Shown here: piece after piece, positions 39,538 to 53,909 of the stretch
Layout: every line of letters starts with the position of its first letter
How positions within the stretch are numbered: the first letter of the stretch is position 1
Source of the DNA: Zootoca vivipara
Lineage: Eukaryota
Assembly: GCF_963506605.1 (NCBI RefSeq)
Contig: NC_083284.1
Location: 30,194,001-30,258,000 of the forward strand
Direction of reading: 5' to 3'
Length of the DNA: 64,000 nt
Position numbers and translations under genes: made by a program
Notes under the pieces: generated by a model
Database searches by the model: none
What the model saw: only the letters and a program-made list of their open reading frames with translations
What the model was told of the DNA's origin: nothing

Positions 39538-40899
39538 GCAAGTTAAGGTCATATTACGCATGATCGAGTTATTTATTTTGGCACCTGAGTTAGAAAATCT
39601 GTCAAACAACTTGCTGCCTTTTCATGACCACTCAAATCAGGTATCTGAAGCAGCTACCTCTTGATGGTAGGAAAGACTGCTTTTGCCTTTCTGGTTTTCA
39701 AGTAAGTACTCAGTTCACAATCCAGTCTGAATATAGGAACTCATCACTGAACAGAAGGAACTGGTGAACATTCACATAAGCAGAAGTTAATACAAGTGTG
39801 GTACTTAAGAGAGTTGATACATCATGACACTGCTACCATTTGAATTTGCACAAATGAGACTTTGAATAATTAACATTTAAATAATTGCTATTTTAACTGT
39901 ATTTTAACTTGGGTTCATGCTTGAATGGCTGAATTGAACTTTTTGTACCCTGAAGAATTGTGACTGTTTTGTTTCAGATGTAATTCTGAATCATGTGCAT
40001 TAATTACTTGCTTTGTTTCATGGAAATAATACTGAAACACAGCATAATTTGTATGAACATAATTTGCTCATGGCTGTGTCTGGAAAGTCTTGTAAACTGA
40101 CAAACTTCACAAAGAAAGCAGTGAATTTTGACAGAGTGCTACTGTCTTAAATGAATTATTATATGCATTCAACTACAGATGGGGAAAAGGTTCATTTTTT
40201 AATTAAACAGTGGATGGAAATACAAGCTACTGCATTGTAGTGGTCAGCTCTAAATCTTTTCCAGACTAGCAGGAGAATTCTATGCATGGTTTTCCTTCTT
40301 TGGTGGGAACGATTCGAGTTCCAGAAAAGATGCATATCCTTTTATTTCATTTGCTTCAATTATTTCAATATTTTTGAAGCTGTGATGACTAGTGATTTAG
40401 AATTATGGGTAAATACTAAGAGGAACTCATTTTTATCATCCTAAAAGCTTTGACCCTTCCAATAAAAGCAAAATGATGTGGCGTGATGGTGATTTTCAGT
40501 GTCTCATTTCACTATAAGTGGCTGTGTTATTATCGCTACAGCTAAATTTAATCATTGTAACCATTGATTCAGAATCGTTGCCAAAACAGTGTGGACCTGA
40601 TCCAAAGAACATTAATCCAGTTCAAAGTAATGAAGCGAGTTAGCTATCCATGCTATGGTAGCATTTAGGAGAGTCTGCTACAATGTCTCACAGTTGGACC
40701 TGCTTCAAAGACTGTTAAGAAATTGCAGATAGTTAAGTACATCTACTAGGTTGAGGCAGTGAACACAGTATACATTTAAAGCCCATTTTCCCCAAAGAAT
40801 CCTGGGAACTTTAGTTTGTTTAGGATGCTGGGAATGGTAGGGATAAACTGTAGTTCTCGGGTTTCAGGGGAATGTGTTTTAAATGTGCACCAAATGTAT

Positions 40900-41214
40900 G
40901 AAGCATCTCCACCCCCATCGTTCTGCCCGGACACTGAGGTCCAGCACCGAGGGCCTTCTGGCGGTTCCTTCGTTGCGAGAAGCCAAGTTGCAGGGAACCA
41001 GGCAGAGGGCCTTCTCGGTAGTGGTGCCCGCCCTGTGGAACCCCCTCCCATCAGATGTCAAAGAGAAAAACAGCTACCAGATTTTTAAAAGACATCTGAA
41101 GGCTGCCCTGTTTAGAGAGGCTTTTAATCTTTAATTGATTGTTTTATTCTTCTGTTGGAAGCCGCCCAGAGTGGCTGGGGAAACCCAGCCAGATGGGCGG
41201 GGTATAAATAATAA

Positions 41215-41259
<45 letters not shown>
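40900..41259 (+). mobile_element. L2-clade LINE 3' end with (ATT)n tail
   Basis: RTLRSSTEGLLAVPSLREAKLQGTRQRAFSVVVPALWNPLP...FKRHLKAALFREAF; 3'UTR gccgcccagagtggctggggaaacccagccagatgggcggggtataaat. Confidence 0.85.
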
Positions 41260-41795
41260 TGTACACAGCTTGGGACTGGCATATCTTACAGACACTGCAA
41301 GAACAGCACTGCCTTCTGGTCTATTTCCAAGCACAATTCAAAGTGCTGGTGCTAAATTGCGTTAAAAGGTTAGAACCAAGATACTTGAATGAATGCTTGT
41401 TCCCATACCAGCTGTCTGCATACTGAGGTCGTCTTTGGAGTTTTTATTCGGGTTGCGACTGGCTGTGTGTGCCGAAGGGACCTTTGGAAAGGGTTTTCAT
41501 ATACCAAATTGCAAAGTAGTTTTGAAACTGAAAGAAGTTTCCAAACATCTTGTGATATGCGGGTCTCTTGTTGAAAGAACAACATTTGAAAATCCCACTG
41601 GGTGCCCGCTAGGTCTTGTACTCACCTAAAGTAGCTTTTTGGATTCCAGCCAGTTCTTGAAAATAAGTCTCTTATTTCAGTAGAACTCTGCATTCAAGTC
41701 CACATGTGCTTAGGCTGTGGCCTAAATGGGCCTTTGACCTTGCATTTTCCAAGCAAATATACACTCGGTGACACATCATTTTGAGACCACTCCCT

Positions 41796-41798
<3 letters not shown>

Positions 41799-41860
<62 letters not shown>
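41799..41860. repeat. (TC)n microsatellite
   Basis: Directly visible. Confidence 0.95.
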
Positions 41861-41863
<3 letters not shown>

Positions 41864-43489
41864 AAGCTGATATAATTTATGAGCTACACTCTCATTAAAT
41901 AAGAATTGAATGTATGATATCTTTATAGTTGGCAGCAGGTTTCAGATCTGGCTGAACAACACTGTGAATATTGAATATCGTCTTTGGAGATACGTAAAGC
42001 TGTATATGAGATGCAGACAGACAGGAACAATCTTAGGAATGTAAGCTAATAAGTAAGGTCTGAATTTAACAGAGATAATGTAACTATAAATGCAGCACTA
42101 GGAATTTATGCTGTAGAAACAGGATGATTTGGCCATAGATTCAGATTTGTTATTTTTAACTAGAGCTGTGCTGAAGGTTTCATACTTTCCCACCCGCGCC
42201 CCCCCCCCTGACATTCATTGATTGGATGGGTAAAAAACAACAACAACCCCTCTAGAAAGATTGTGGAGAGTGGAGCCAAAGAGGAAATTCACCAAAATCT
42301 TCAGGAGGGGATTGTTACTGTTTTCATTTTTCTCCTTGGTTGTTTTTTAAGCACTCTGTGCCACTTGTGGCTGTATGGTGTGTTGCGAAAGGTTAATCCT
42401 ACTCTACTCAAGTTCCATTCTGGATCACGCTACCTTTTAGATTTAACAATACAAGTGCAAACTAGGCATTCAGCATAATGCGTGGTTTGGCTCTATGCTT
42501 GGGATATCCGGATGTAAACCTGTTTTGAATGGTATGCCCAGTCTACCTTTTTTGTGTGTGTACGAATTTCCCCTTATATGTTGGGCTTTAGCATATATAT
42601 TTTCTGTGGAATGCTAAGGGAATGTTTAGAATTTTCTGTGCCCTGAAGAGGCCATTCAGATTGCAGGAGATTCCATTGTTTAATAGAGTATTCCCTCTTG
42701 CATTTAAAATCATAGACTATAAAATACATAAATACCACAACTAGAAGAACAGCATAGTTTTTTTTTCTACAACATTTATTAACATGATGCAGACCATGCA
42801 GATCCTGGCAGTCTAGAAAGGAGAACTGTATTGTTTCCTTCTTGCCACCATCATTAATTTTGACAGATCTGAGTAGTTTGCATTTTTGCACTCGCATGTT
42901 GTGATTAACCTCCCCACCCCCTTCTTTGCTTTGGAGGTCTTGCTCAGCAAAAGTGAGCTTATAAGACACTTTGTGTAATGTGAGAAGAAGGCCATTGATG
43001 CAATTGGATTCATTTAGAATTTACAATGGTCTAACACAATATATTTCAGTATTAACATAATGTACAGATTTTTCTTTTCTTTACAGCTTTTGCTGGTCTC
43101 TCTAGTTACCAAAGTCACTTCCTATCTGTAAGCACTTCATGCAGAACTAGAATACTAAGCACACTATTTTACGGGTTAGTTTCTAGGAATAGTCAGTGGT
43201 TGAACATTTTGGCAAGCTGAATGGTTATTTACATTTGTATCCCATGTTTCCTCAAAGGAAGTCAAAGTAGTGTACATGGTTCTCCCCCTTAGGAATAGAT
43301 TTTGGTCATTCAAATTTCAGCAGTGCCCTGTGTGAGCCCAAGATTTGGCACCCACCCCCCAATCTCTCTCCTTTCGTTCTGTTCAATTCACTGCATCATC
43401 ATTGCAACACCCTGTAGCATCTCTTAGGCTTGATGCCCAGTGTGGTGGATCGGTCATGCTGCCTTAAATCTGCCTCTGTCCCCTTAATT

Positions 43490-43620
43490 CTATCTTCACA
43501 AAAGGTCTGTGGGGTAGGTTAGGCTGAGATAGAGTGACTGGCCCAAGGTCATCCAGTGAACTTTGTGGCTGAGTACGGATTTGAACCCTGGTCTCTCGGG
43601 TCTGACAACCTGACCACTAC
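43490..43620 (-). mobile_element. MIR-like (CORE) SINE fragment
   Basis: aggctgagatagagtgactggcccaaggtcatccagtga...ggatttgaaccctggtctc. Confidence 0.7.
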
Positions 43621-45094
43621 ATGTAGCCAATAAGTTATGAGGTTGTTGTGAGGGAGGGGGAAGAACCATGTATGCCACCTTGAGGTCCTAAATGTAAAAT
43701 AAAATAAAATAAAATAAAAATGTTCACTGTTAAGTATGTAGGGTTATGAGCTGTACCACAGTCTGAAATAGCACACTGATTAATGGAACAGTGATACTCA
43801 TTTTTTCTCATAGATGCAAATCAGGGGAATATTTTACCAAACACCACCAATGGATTAAACACTGAAATTCTTGCTCTGATTGACATAACTGCAATTTAAA
43901 ACAACACAAACATCTCAGTTAGAAATAATCCAATGAATTATCGATACAGCAGCAATCTTGACAACTTTACTTGTTTCTGCCTACTTGCTCTCTAACACTC
44001 ATTCTTCTAATGATGTTTCACTTATCATTGCTTCTCAGCTTTGCACATAGGACATGCATTGCCATAAACTCTCTTAAAAAACAACAACAACTAATATTGC
44101 ACTCCCAGCTCACATTTCTCAAGCTTCCACTAACAGCAAACATACTGACCTTCCTTTGAATGGAGGCACCCTGCTTCTAGTTACAGTTCAACCACATTTC
44201 CAGGGTTTGTTTTCTTATTTTAATCCCAACAGACTCCAGCCCTCAGTTCTTTGCATCTCAAGCAGTTCCAGCTCACAGACATCTTCATTTGCCCCCTCTC
44301 TAACTCTCTGATGCCCCTGTGGATTCCTGACCATGTGTCTCATTCTCCTTCCTGTTTCTTAGATTCCAGGCAGTATCTGCTCCATCACCCTGGTCATATT
44401 TCATTTCAGGTTTTTTAGCCTCTCACTGTCCTGAAATATTCGTTGTGTCTTTTCCAGAAACTTGCAAGTCTCTGATGCCAGAATTACATGCTCATGCTCA
44501 TGCTCATGATCATGATCATGGTTGTGGTGTTTTTGTTTTTAAATAGATGCTGAATTTGTCCAATTGCAATTATCCAATTCTGCACACCTCCCATTTAGTA
44601 TATTGTAGACAACAAAAGAAGATGGATGCCTTGAGAGGTATTATGAAATAGCTAGTTTTGAGTGTCAAGATAGTGGCTATGTGTTTTTAAAACACTGTTT
44701 GCTACAGAACCAATTAGAGCTATTAGTGCAGTGATTTAGTTGCAGTCCCACCTCCCAAAAGTAGCAATGGAAGGTTTTAGGCAATTCAGTCTCAGTCTTC
44801 AGTAATCATGCAAATGCTCATGCCTCTTCATTGGCATGCATAAAAAAATAGGGAAATGAAGTAGAAGTGGTGTCAGTTCATGCAATGTGGTATGCATAAC
44901 AACCACTGCTTGCACAAATATAGGTATGTATCACATCACACAAAGAACTGCTGAGGTGGACAAAGCTAATTCATTTCAATTCTTTTGGCACTGCCAACAT
45001 TCATACCCTGTTCAACATTTCCAATACCGGAAACAAGCCTTACTTCCTTTATCATCTATGTAGTATTTGTGCAAGCCCATTAGATGGGCTTGCA

Positions 45095-45409
45095 CAAACC
45101 TATCCATTCTGAAGGAAATCAGCACTGAGTGCTCACTGGAAGGACAGATCCTGAAGCTGAGGTTCCAATACTTTGGCCACCTCATGAGAAGAGAAGACTC
45201 CCTGGAAAAGACCCTGATGCTGGAGAAAATGGAGGGCACAAGGAGAAGGGGACGACAGAGGATGAGATGGTTAGACAGTCTTCTCGAAGCCACCAACATG
45301 AGTCTGACCAAACTGCGGGAGGCAGTGGAAGACAGGAGTGCCTGGCGTGCTCTGTTCCATGCGGTCACGAAGAGTCAGACACGACTAAACGACTAAACAA
45401 CAACAACAA
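45095..45409 (+). mobile_element. Bov-B (RTE) LINE 3' fragment
   Basis: SILKEISTECSLEGQILKLRFQYFGHLMRREDSLEKTLML...GRQRMRWLD; (CAA)n tail; TSD attagatgg at 45079-45087 and 45410-45418. Confidence 0.93.
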
Positions 45410-45589
45410 ATTAGATGGCTCATGAGGACTCAGTGGAGCTTCTCTGGTTGAATCAAAAAATAGTCTTGGCATGCTGTGGTCTTGTTTCTGGTATTCTTTC
45501 ACTTTAATTAGTGCCAATTTAATTAGAGGAAGATTTCCTGCTAATATCACTTACTGATACATAGTCTATCCCATATACAACAGGATCAG

Positions 45590-45590
45590 A

Positions 45591-45638
<48 letters not shown>

Positions 45639-45716
45639 TTATACCCCACCCATCTGACTGGGTTTCCCCAGCCACACTGGGCGGCTCCCAATAGAACACT
45701 AAGAACAGAATAAAAC
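45590..45716 (-). mobile_element. L2-clade LINE extreme 3' end with (ATT)n tail
   Basis: Reverse complement of the 3'UTR at 41160-41259. Confidence 0.8.
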
Positions 45717-47949
45717 TGTCTATTGGGATCAGCTGAGTCCCCCCCCCCTTCCTGAGAGATCATCATTCTCCTTGGTTTCCCAGTCAATCCGTTCTGCTTC
45801 TTAGAGCACCTAGGATGTGGTTCAAAAGACTTAACTTAGAAACCCTGTTGAATTCAGACGGATTCTCCCAGGAGCACAAGTAGTTTGCAACATTCTTAAT
45901 TGCCACTGTGAACTTTATAGATCAGAAATTATTATGGGTTTAGGCTTCAGTCAAGCATGCTTGAGGCTAGAAATACCAGCAGGTGCTCTGCTGTTTTTTA
46001 CCCTGAAGTCTTTTGAAGATACAAATGGCTTCATTCATTTTTTTTCACTCTATGGCTTTTGTCTGGTTTTGCTAACAAGGCAAAGAAGTCCTACTGTGAA
46101 GCTATGTAATAAAGGTGTTAGCATCAGTCACAGCCAACTTTAAAAAGAATTTCTAAGCACTAAACAGGAGAGTTTTGTAGGTTGCTTTTCCCGCAACCTA
46201 CATATTATATTATACATTATAATATAATGTATTTATAATGCATATTTCAGTTTAGAGTAAACAAGATTAGTTTAGCAGCAGTTAAAATAAAATGTTACCA
46301 ATCCCTAATTATTGGTACGTGCTAACTAAATTTAAATCAAACCAATCTTTGCTTTTCAGTCATCTTGTGAAGATGACAAATGCACTTGTCATTTGCCACT
46401 TACTTGCAGATTTATTCAAACTCTAATTGACGTACTGAGGAAGAGGATTTCCTGATTGAATGGCTATTAGCTTCCTAAGAATGGGAAATAAATGCAAGTA
46501 TTTATTTTGATTAAATTAAAAATTCTACTTTTTCCTTTAAACATTTTAACTTTTTAAATGTAGTATTTGAAAACATTTCCATGCAGTTGTTGATATAATC
46601 ATGATTAAATATAACATTTAAAAATCCTTTTTCTTTCCCCCAAATTTATCTTCTGAATAGTTTATTCATATTTACAGAGGCAGATGAACGGTATGGGCTC
46701 AGCAACAGACATAGAGTCACAGCAGCCTCAAAGCTCAGAACAAATAATTGGAACAGTGGGACTAGCTGGGCCATAAGCAAAAGTCCAAGTTTAAGGAGTC
46801 CAAGAAACCAGGCAAGGAGTTCAAAACAGCACAGAAGCAACAGAGTTGTCCCAATGAATTGACACACCCATCCACCAAGCTTGTAAAGGTGAGGTGAGGT
46901 GAGGCGAGCTTACTTGCAAGGCTGCTGTGCTTTATGGGAATGTTAAGTTTGCAGATTGAGGAGGATGGGTCTGTTTCAGTGATAGATCTAGTCCTGAGTG
47001 GCTCAGCTGTTATTCCCCATTCTGACTCTGGTTCCTCCACCCCCAGCAGTTGGTTGAAGCCCACTCTTGACTCCACTGATGTTCTCCTGTTCCTGGGAAG
47101 GAAGAGAAAAGGCCAGATTCCTGCTTCCCAATCCAGAGCTCCTGGTTTATGGGAGAGGGGAGTATCTGCCTCTTCTAGTCTCTGTTTCCTGGTCTCAGCT
47201 CTTTCCCAATTTCATCCTCCTCTTCCCCCTCTTTTCCTACCACAGCGTGGCATGGATTGTGGAGATATTCCTGGAGTTCATTCTTGAAATGCGGTGGTGT
47301 CCAGAAAGCTTATAGTATCTCAGTCTCCAAAGCAGGCATCTATTGCATTGTCTTTTTATTTTTATGTTTTAAAAAATGGATATGGAAGTTGAACTAGGTT
47401 TATACTTGAAACACAGGATGATGCTCTCCTGAACATGCTCACTAGTTCTCATTTCATTGTTTCAGCCTTCAAATGCTTCATCCAACCAATTAATTTTTCA
47501 TCATTCTTCTTTGGTTACAATCCTTGTTTTCCTTCAGAGGTTGACACTGATGAAATTTGTTACTACTCTACGACGATATCTGCAAAAATCATTAGTGGAT
47601 ATTATATTTCACTGTTAGGATGTCATTTTAACATAATAAGTTTGCTCTGGAAATGAATGGTATGCAAAAAAAAGGAGAACTAAGCAGTTTCACTGTTTTG
47701 CCATGGTCTCCAGAGTGATTAAGTAATGTGGAGATTTTGATGGGAATCTAAAAATATATATATATTTAAAAAATCTATAAATTAACTCAGATGCTAGCCA
47801 TATCTCTTTATGATTTAATTGCTCTATTATGGACAATTTTATAGCCTCTACCTTAGTCAGTGAACTTTCGGCACATTCTTCTTGCCATTAATAGGTACCA
47901 TACAAAGTTACAAAGTTCTTAGCGTGTGAATAACAACACGTGAACTCTT

Positions 47950-48425
47950 TGTTAAAACATCTGCACTGGCTGCTACAGCTGGGCCAGGTTCAAGGCCCTT
48001 GCATTAATTTGCAAAGTCCTGAATAGCTTAGGTCCAGGGTATCTCAGGAACTGCCTAAATCCTTATACTGTATCTCAGCTCAGTCACTGAGATCATCTGT
48101 AGAAATGTCACTGGTCGTTGCTTGAGGCTCATTTGACAGCAGCAAGTAATAGAGCTTTAATGTCATCAGTCCAGCCCTGTGGAATAATACTCTGCCAATA
48201 GAAATTCAGCAGGCTTCTTCTGTTTCAACTGCTGAAAACCTTTCTATTCTGTCAGGTTTGTGAGAGCAGTTAAGAATACCTCTTTCCACAACAATTACCT
48301 GATTTCTTATTTAAACTTTTTAAAATATGGTTTTTATTGTAACCTTTTTATATGTTTTTTTATTGTATGGTTTTACATATGGTATTTTTTTGTTATGAGT
48401 TAGCAGTATTTTCCATAAATAAAAT
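47950..48425 (+). mobile_element. Older L2-clade LINE 3' fragment
   Basis: Frameshifted LKHLHWL...RFKALALICKVLNSLGPGYLRNCL and ALWN-like motif; boundaries approximate. Confidence 0.6.
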
Positions 48426-48654
48426 AAATCAGCACAAGTGATCATGCATCACTGCATATATCTAGAGCTAGATCAAGATGTTTGTGGGGAAAGTCTAATG
48501 ATCAACATTAAGGGGACGATGACACTGGATTGGAATCAGAGTGTCCCTTCTGCTAAGGAAAGGGCTTCTTCCATTTGTGGAAAGGAGAGCTGATTTTGGC
48601 CAATTCCCCCTTCTACCTGCATATCCCTGCACCATCGCTCTCATTGTTCTAGAA

Positions 48655-48790
48655 CAGGCATCCGCAAACTGCGGCCCTCCAGATGTTTTGGCCTACAACT
48701 CCCATGATCCCTAGCTAACAGGACCAGTGGTCGGGGAAGATGGGAATTGTAGTCCAAAACATCTGGAGGGCCGAAGTTTGGGGATGCCTG
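48655..48790. mobile_element. hAT MITE, same family
   Basis: TIRs caggcatcc.caaact/agtttggggatgcctg; perfect TSD ttctagaa. Confidence 0.92.
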
Positions 48791-50879
48791 TTCTAGAAGG
48801 TTCCTCTATTTTCTGGAACAGTTTTTCAGAAGCTACAGAGTTGTGCGAATGAAAGAAGGAATCGATGAAAATAGTCTGCATCCTTTCTCCAGTGTGAGTG
48901 CTTGTGAGTGGAGATAGAATCCGCTCAAATGAATTCTGGACACCAATATGTGTATGTGTGCTTGCAGATCAGATTTTGCAGTACAAACCACCCCAGCCTC
49001 TTGCTATAATGCACATCAGTTTGTGAAATTGGTCTTTGGGGGGGGGGAGGCAGGTGGTGTAACAAGAACCCCACATGCCCAGAAGGTGTTTTGGGAAAGC
49101 AGGAATATCCATGTCACTCGGTGGACTTTTGGTTGATATCCCAGACTATGGAAGGCAGAGTCAAAAACTGCATGGAAAGAGAAGGCTTCTTTAAAAAGGA
49201 AAAGCCTGTAAATATGCAAGAAACCATTTTGAAAAAGTATCTCTGTTAAACACTAGAAAGGTCATCCTGGTCAATCTGTTTCATCTGTTTCTTTTCACAT
49301 CCATTATTGTACATCTTTAGGAAGCACTTCAGAAGTGTGTAATGGAAATAACAGAGGAGAAAGGTTCTTTATAGAGGTGTTACAGTAAGAAGATGAGGGG
49401 TAGGGACACAGAGAGAGGTTCTGATGATTCACATCTTGTGTAATGTGGACTCTGATATACATACGCAAAAGGAACATTACCAATGGTTTTGACAGCTACC
49501 TAGATAAGATTAATCTAAAATAAATTCATTTCTGGCCTCAATCTAACAGGCACCATTGAATGCACTAGTAGTATGAAGTGACACCTATAAACCTAATTGC
49601 TCATTTATAAATTTACTGTCGGTGACATTTCTGCCCTTAAACTGCAACCTGGCTTCTCCCCCACCTAGAATGGTAATATGCATGCCTCTGAAATCCATAT
49701 ATTATTAAACAGTGATACATCTCATTTAGTTAAACATAAAGTTGTAAACTATATGATTCCCAAATGTATAGAATTCCAGTATTTTATTCTTAACGTATCC
49801 TATGAAAAGGTGCTTGCCAAGCATTTGTATCAGCCTGGCAGATGGCTAAAACAGATTTTAATGACTGAAGGTAATGCTAGCTGCAGAAAGTTTAATGCAG
49901 GCTTAAAGAAAAATCACCAGACTTTTCCGAAGGGAATGACACACTGTCTGTAAGACTGAAGTTCTGATGCCCGGGTTATTCAGGTGTAAAGTGTAAAATT
50001 CACATGGGGATCCTCCTCCCCTATTCTGTCCTGTGTTCAGTTAGTAGGGAAGCAAAAACCATTCATATATAACACTCTGAGGCACATCCAGGCATGCAGA
50101 TCCCATGCAGCACCGATTTCACGACTTGGTAAAATTGCCCTTAGGAAGAAACTGCAAACTACTGAGACCAAGTTCACAAGGACATCCTGTGAATGGTGAC
50201 CCAGACTGGGAAGCCACTTGAAATGGATGTGTATGTTGGCTCTCTGCCCTGGGTGAGTTGGTCATACTCAGACACCACCGCACACAAAACCATTTTTATT
50301 TTATTTGTTGTGTAGCACCGCAAACCACATCAAATGTAGACTTACAAGAGAAAGACAGACCACTGTCAGCTGGGACTGGGTCACCACTCAAGATTAGAAC
50401 AAGTCAAAAACTGAGGGCATCGACCTAGGGGGTCTAGAAGATGGAAATTGCCTTCAGAATCCACATTTGCCTGTATGCTGTAAAATGTGAAGTGTCTACT
50501 TGCTTGGAGTGTGAGTTGTTTTACTTATACAGTACAGATCCCTGATCCCACCTTAATCATCACTGAAAGAACGGGAAAATTGACTTGCACACAAGATCAC
50601 TCTGAAACCAGTCCAGAATCGCTATCATTTCCTGGGTTTGTACTAGCTTTTACAAACACGTATCTCCACTATGGATTGAAAGCTGAAGAAAGTCACCTGA
50701 ACTATGAGATCAGTTTCTCTTTCTCCACACCCCTAAGGTTTTCACAGGCTAGGATTCTTCCACCTCTTTCGTGCTGTATTTCCATTCCTAGGTGTAGCTG
50801 CCCTCATCCTGCTTTGAGAGTGTGAGTAGGTGTGTTGTGTGTTCGTACGACTGTGAGAATGAGAGAATCAGGCATCATC

Positions 50880-51160
50880 TGCACTATTTATTTAAAGCAG
50901 CGTCATAAAACTGTCATGGCTCCTCGCCCCAGAGAATCCTGCGAACTGTAGTTTGTTAAGGCTGCTGATTCTCTAAGCGGTTTTACAGTGAACCCCTCTT
51001 CCCTGGGAACTCTGGAAATTGTAGCTCTGCAGGTAGAATAAGGGTATCTCAACAACTCTCAGCATACTTAAAGTACAGTTCCCAGGATGCTTTGTGGGGG
51101 GCGGGAGCAAGCCATGACTGTTTCAAGTGGTATGATACTGCTTCAAATGTATATTGCAGA
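50880..51160. mobile_element. Fold-back MITE (relatives at ~23548-23720, ~40765-40900, ~57350-57755)
   Basis: Imperfect long inverted arms (agaatcctgcgaactgtagtttgttaag / tacagttcccaggatgcttt) recur at several sites. Confidence 0.6.
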
Positions 51161-53909
51161 CAGGGATGGAGAGAGTAAGTGTGTTGTGTGCCTGCAAATG
51201 TGGTTGCATGTGTATAAATTTAGGTGGGGATGTGTGCAAAATAGTCACACCCACACTGGTATTTGGCGCTTGGAGGCGTGCCTGTCACTGCAGCCCTCAG
51301 TTCTCCTTCCTCAAAAAAGTTGCTATCTCTATCTTAAAAGGTCAGCAAATGAGTTTAACAATTACTTAAGCTGTAATAGTTTAAAGGAAAGCTAAACAGG
51401 GCAATTTGATTTCCTTTGACTTTGGGTGAGTGAAAAGGGGGAATGACTTATTCAGTTCCAGCTTTTCAAGCAGCATGGCAAGCGCACAAAAGCACGACTC
51501 TTTATTATGTCACCACACACTCAGTGGGCTTTCGAAGGCATTTCTGTGTCAAGAGGAGAGCTAACCACTTCTTGTCCACACTACTGGGCTGTTCTTGCAA
51601 TTCTTGGCCGGCTGCCCGGTTTGTCTGTCATTCATCCTGCGTTTTTTCCCCCTTCGCCCTTGACAAGGAGTACTCTCAGGCCCCAGGAACACATGCCTCT
51701 GACTGCTAGGTGATACGTAGTGATTAATAGAAATAATCATCTTAATTCGTGAAATAAAATCAATTGCCCTATACATGCAGAAGCCCCAGACAAGATGTAC
51801 GCAAAAAAAAAAAAAAAAAACCTTGTCTGCACGGCTGCCTCTTATGAAACTGGGACAGCGCTCAAGATTTATGTTTTGCCTTCCCCTTCCAGGCTTGCCC
51901 TGGAGTGGCTTAACTCGACACCCCAATAAATCTTTGCACAAACTAATTTGACAGAATATTTAGACTTATAAATGAGTTTGTTTCAATCAGGGGAGCCAGG
52001 CTGGGAAACACAAAGTGCATCTTTGTTTGGGAATTCGAGGCAGGAAGTATACATTGGGACAGAGGGCCTTGGATCAATCCCTGGCTCTAGTGTTTATTTC
52101 ATTAGACAATGTATCAGAATTCTCTTTAGCATGCCTGAAAATGTACAGAGGGTGTGTTAGGATTAAGTGGTACAAATAGTGGTATCTAAGTGACTGACTA
52201 TGTATACAGTAATGTTTATTCATCTGTTTCCGTGCAGTTTGAAAGGGATAAAATTTATCAGGCACATGCATTTCTTCACCCACTAATAATTTTGTTTCCC
52301 ATGCCACAGTGGTTAATGAATGCTTTTTTTGGTGTGATGGATTTTTACGCAAGAAGATAAAACACTACAGTCTTTACTAAAAATAGCACTTGCCTGCCTT
52401 CCATTCCCATGTACAGTACAAACAACAGTGGAACTCTTAGTATGCCCCTTCCTAAGCACGCTTTGTGTGCAACTGTAAGAATTTGCTTTCAACTCCTTTT
52501 TTCCTGCTCTTTCACTGTGGTGGGATATGACAAGTCACAGTTTGGCCAAGTGTGCTCTAAGGTTTTACATCAGAACTGGAGAACCAATTACCACGAGTGT
52601 TTTTGACTGGCAGAAATGTGCCACTGAACTCCCATTAGGCCTCTTGCTTTCCTGGATGAAAGACAGACAGTGTGAGTGTGTGCAGAAAATAGCCTACTGT
52701 ACAATGATAAAAGTTATATTCATTGCTTGTCCCGCCTTTGCCTCTAAACCTGCCTACTGCTGGCACACGGCTCTCAGAAGGTGGCCCAGAAAGGAAGGTG
52801 GCCCTCAAGCTTGGGAAGATTTGTCACCTCTAATGTAGGAGAAGGCGCTCCTCTAGGTCCTTTGAGATGAAGCTATTGAGAGCTAAGATAAGCACAAGTA
52901 CTTTGAATTGAATTTGGAAATGGGCCAACAGCCAATGCAGTTGTTTCAGAAATGGAAGATATAGTCCCTTTGGCTGGTCCCTGCTGTATTTAGACTAACT
53001 GAAATTTTTGGGAAGTTTTCAAAGGCACCCCCACTACCACTATGAACAAAGACATTCCCAGAGTGTTAATTTGTTGCAGAAAAAACAACAATGAAGAATA
53101 TTGTGGCACCTTAAAGAGTCACAAATTAATTATGGCATTTGCTTCTGTGGACTAGACTCCATCAGAGGCATGTTGTTATTTTGTGTGTGTGTGCGTGTGT
53201 GTGTGTTGATCACAGTTTATTATTCACTTCCAACAAACCATGCACATATACTTACAAACTAAGGATGTCATTTCATCCAGCTGTTGTGTTGGGCTCAGCT
53301 TTCTTTGACTAATTTGTTAGTTTTGAAAGATGTCACGGTACTCTTTGATGAGATGCTGTTTGTCCTGGTGAAAAAAATTACTTGAGATGTGATTAGTTTC
53401 TTTGGTGCAAAAGAGAAGCTTATTTGAATATCTTATGGGATGTGACAGATTCATGTACATGGTGAGGAAGAGAGCAAAAAGAATTCTGAAAATCAGTTGC
53501 CCACCATCACACTAGTTTCCTCTGTGTTTTATTTTTAACAAAATGGTAGTGTGCAAATAAATATAAATATGGAATAAGGCATCTGGTGGCCTCTTTCTTC
53601 TTAGATCATATTCCTTCCGTAGCTCTCTGATGGGATATATGCACAAGGACACAGTGGTTAGTAGAAAGGATTATCAAATAGATGCTTGCCTTGCCAACGC
53701 AAACTATAATTGCCACATATAAGCTGGCTCAGCATTTTTGTGGGCTGCCTGTTTCCTTTCTTTTGCTAGGCAGTTAAAAAGATGTTGGAGGAAAAGAGTA
53801 GAAACAATGCTTTTTTTTTCCTAAGGAGAGGATCTTTTCACCCTAAAATACTTGCCCATTAGAAAAAGAAATAACTCATTTTTAAATACCCCCCCCCCCA
53901 AAATGTAGC

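Noticed and set aside
46690-47290. Possible old LTR remnant (also ~56820-57180)
   Set aside because: Composition is suggestive but there are no clean TG...CA termini or TSD; not supportable.
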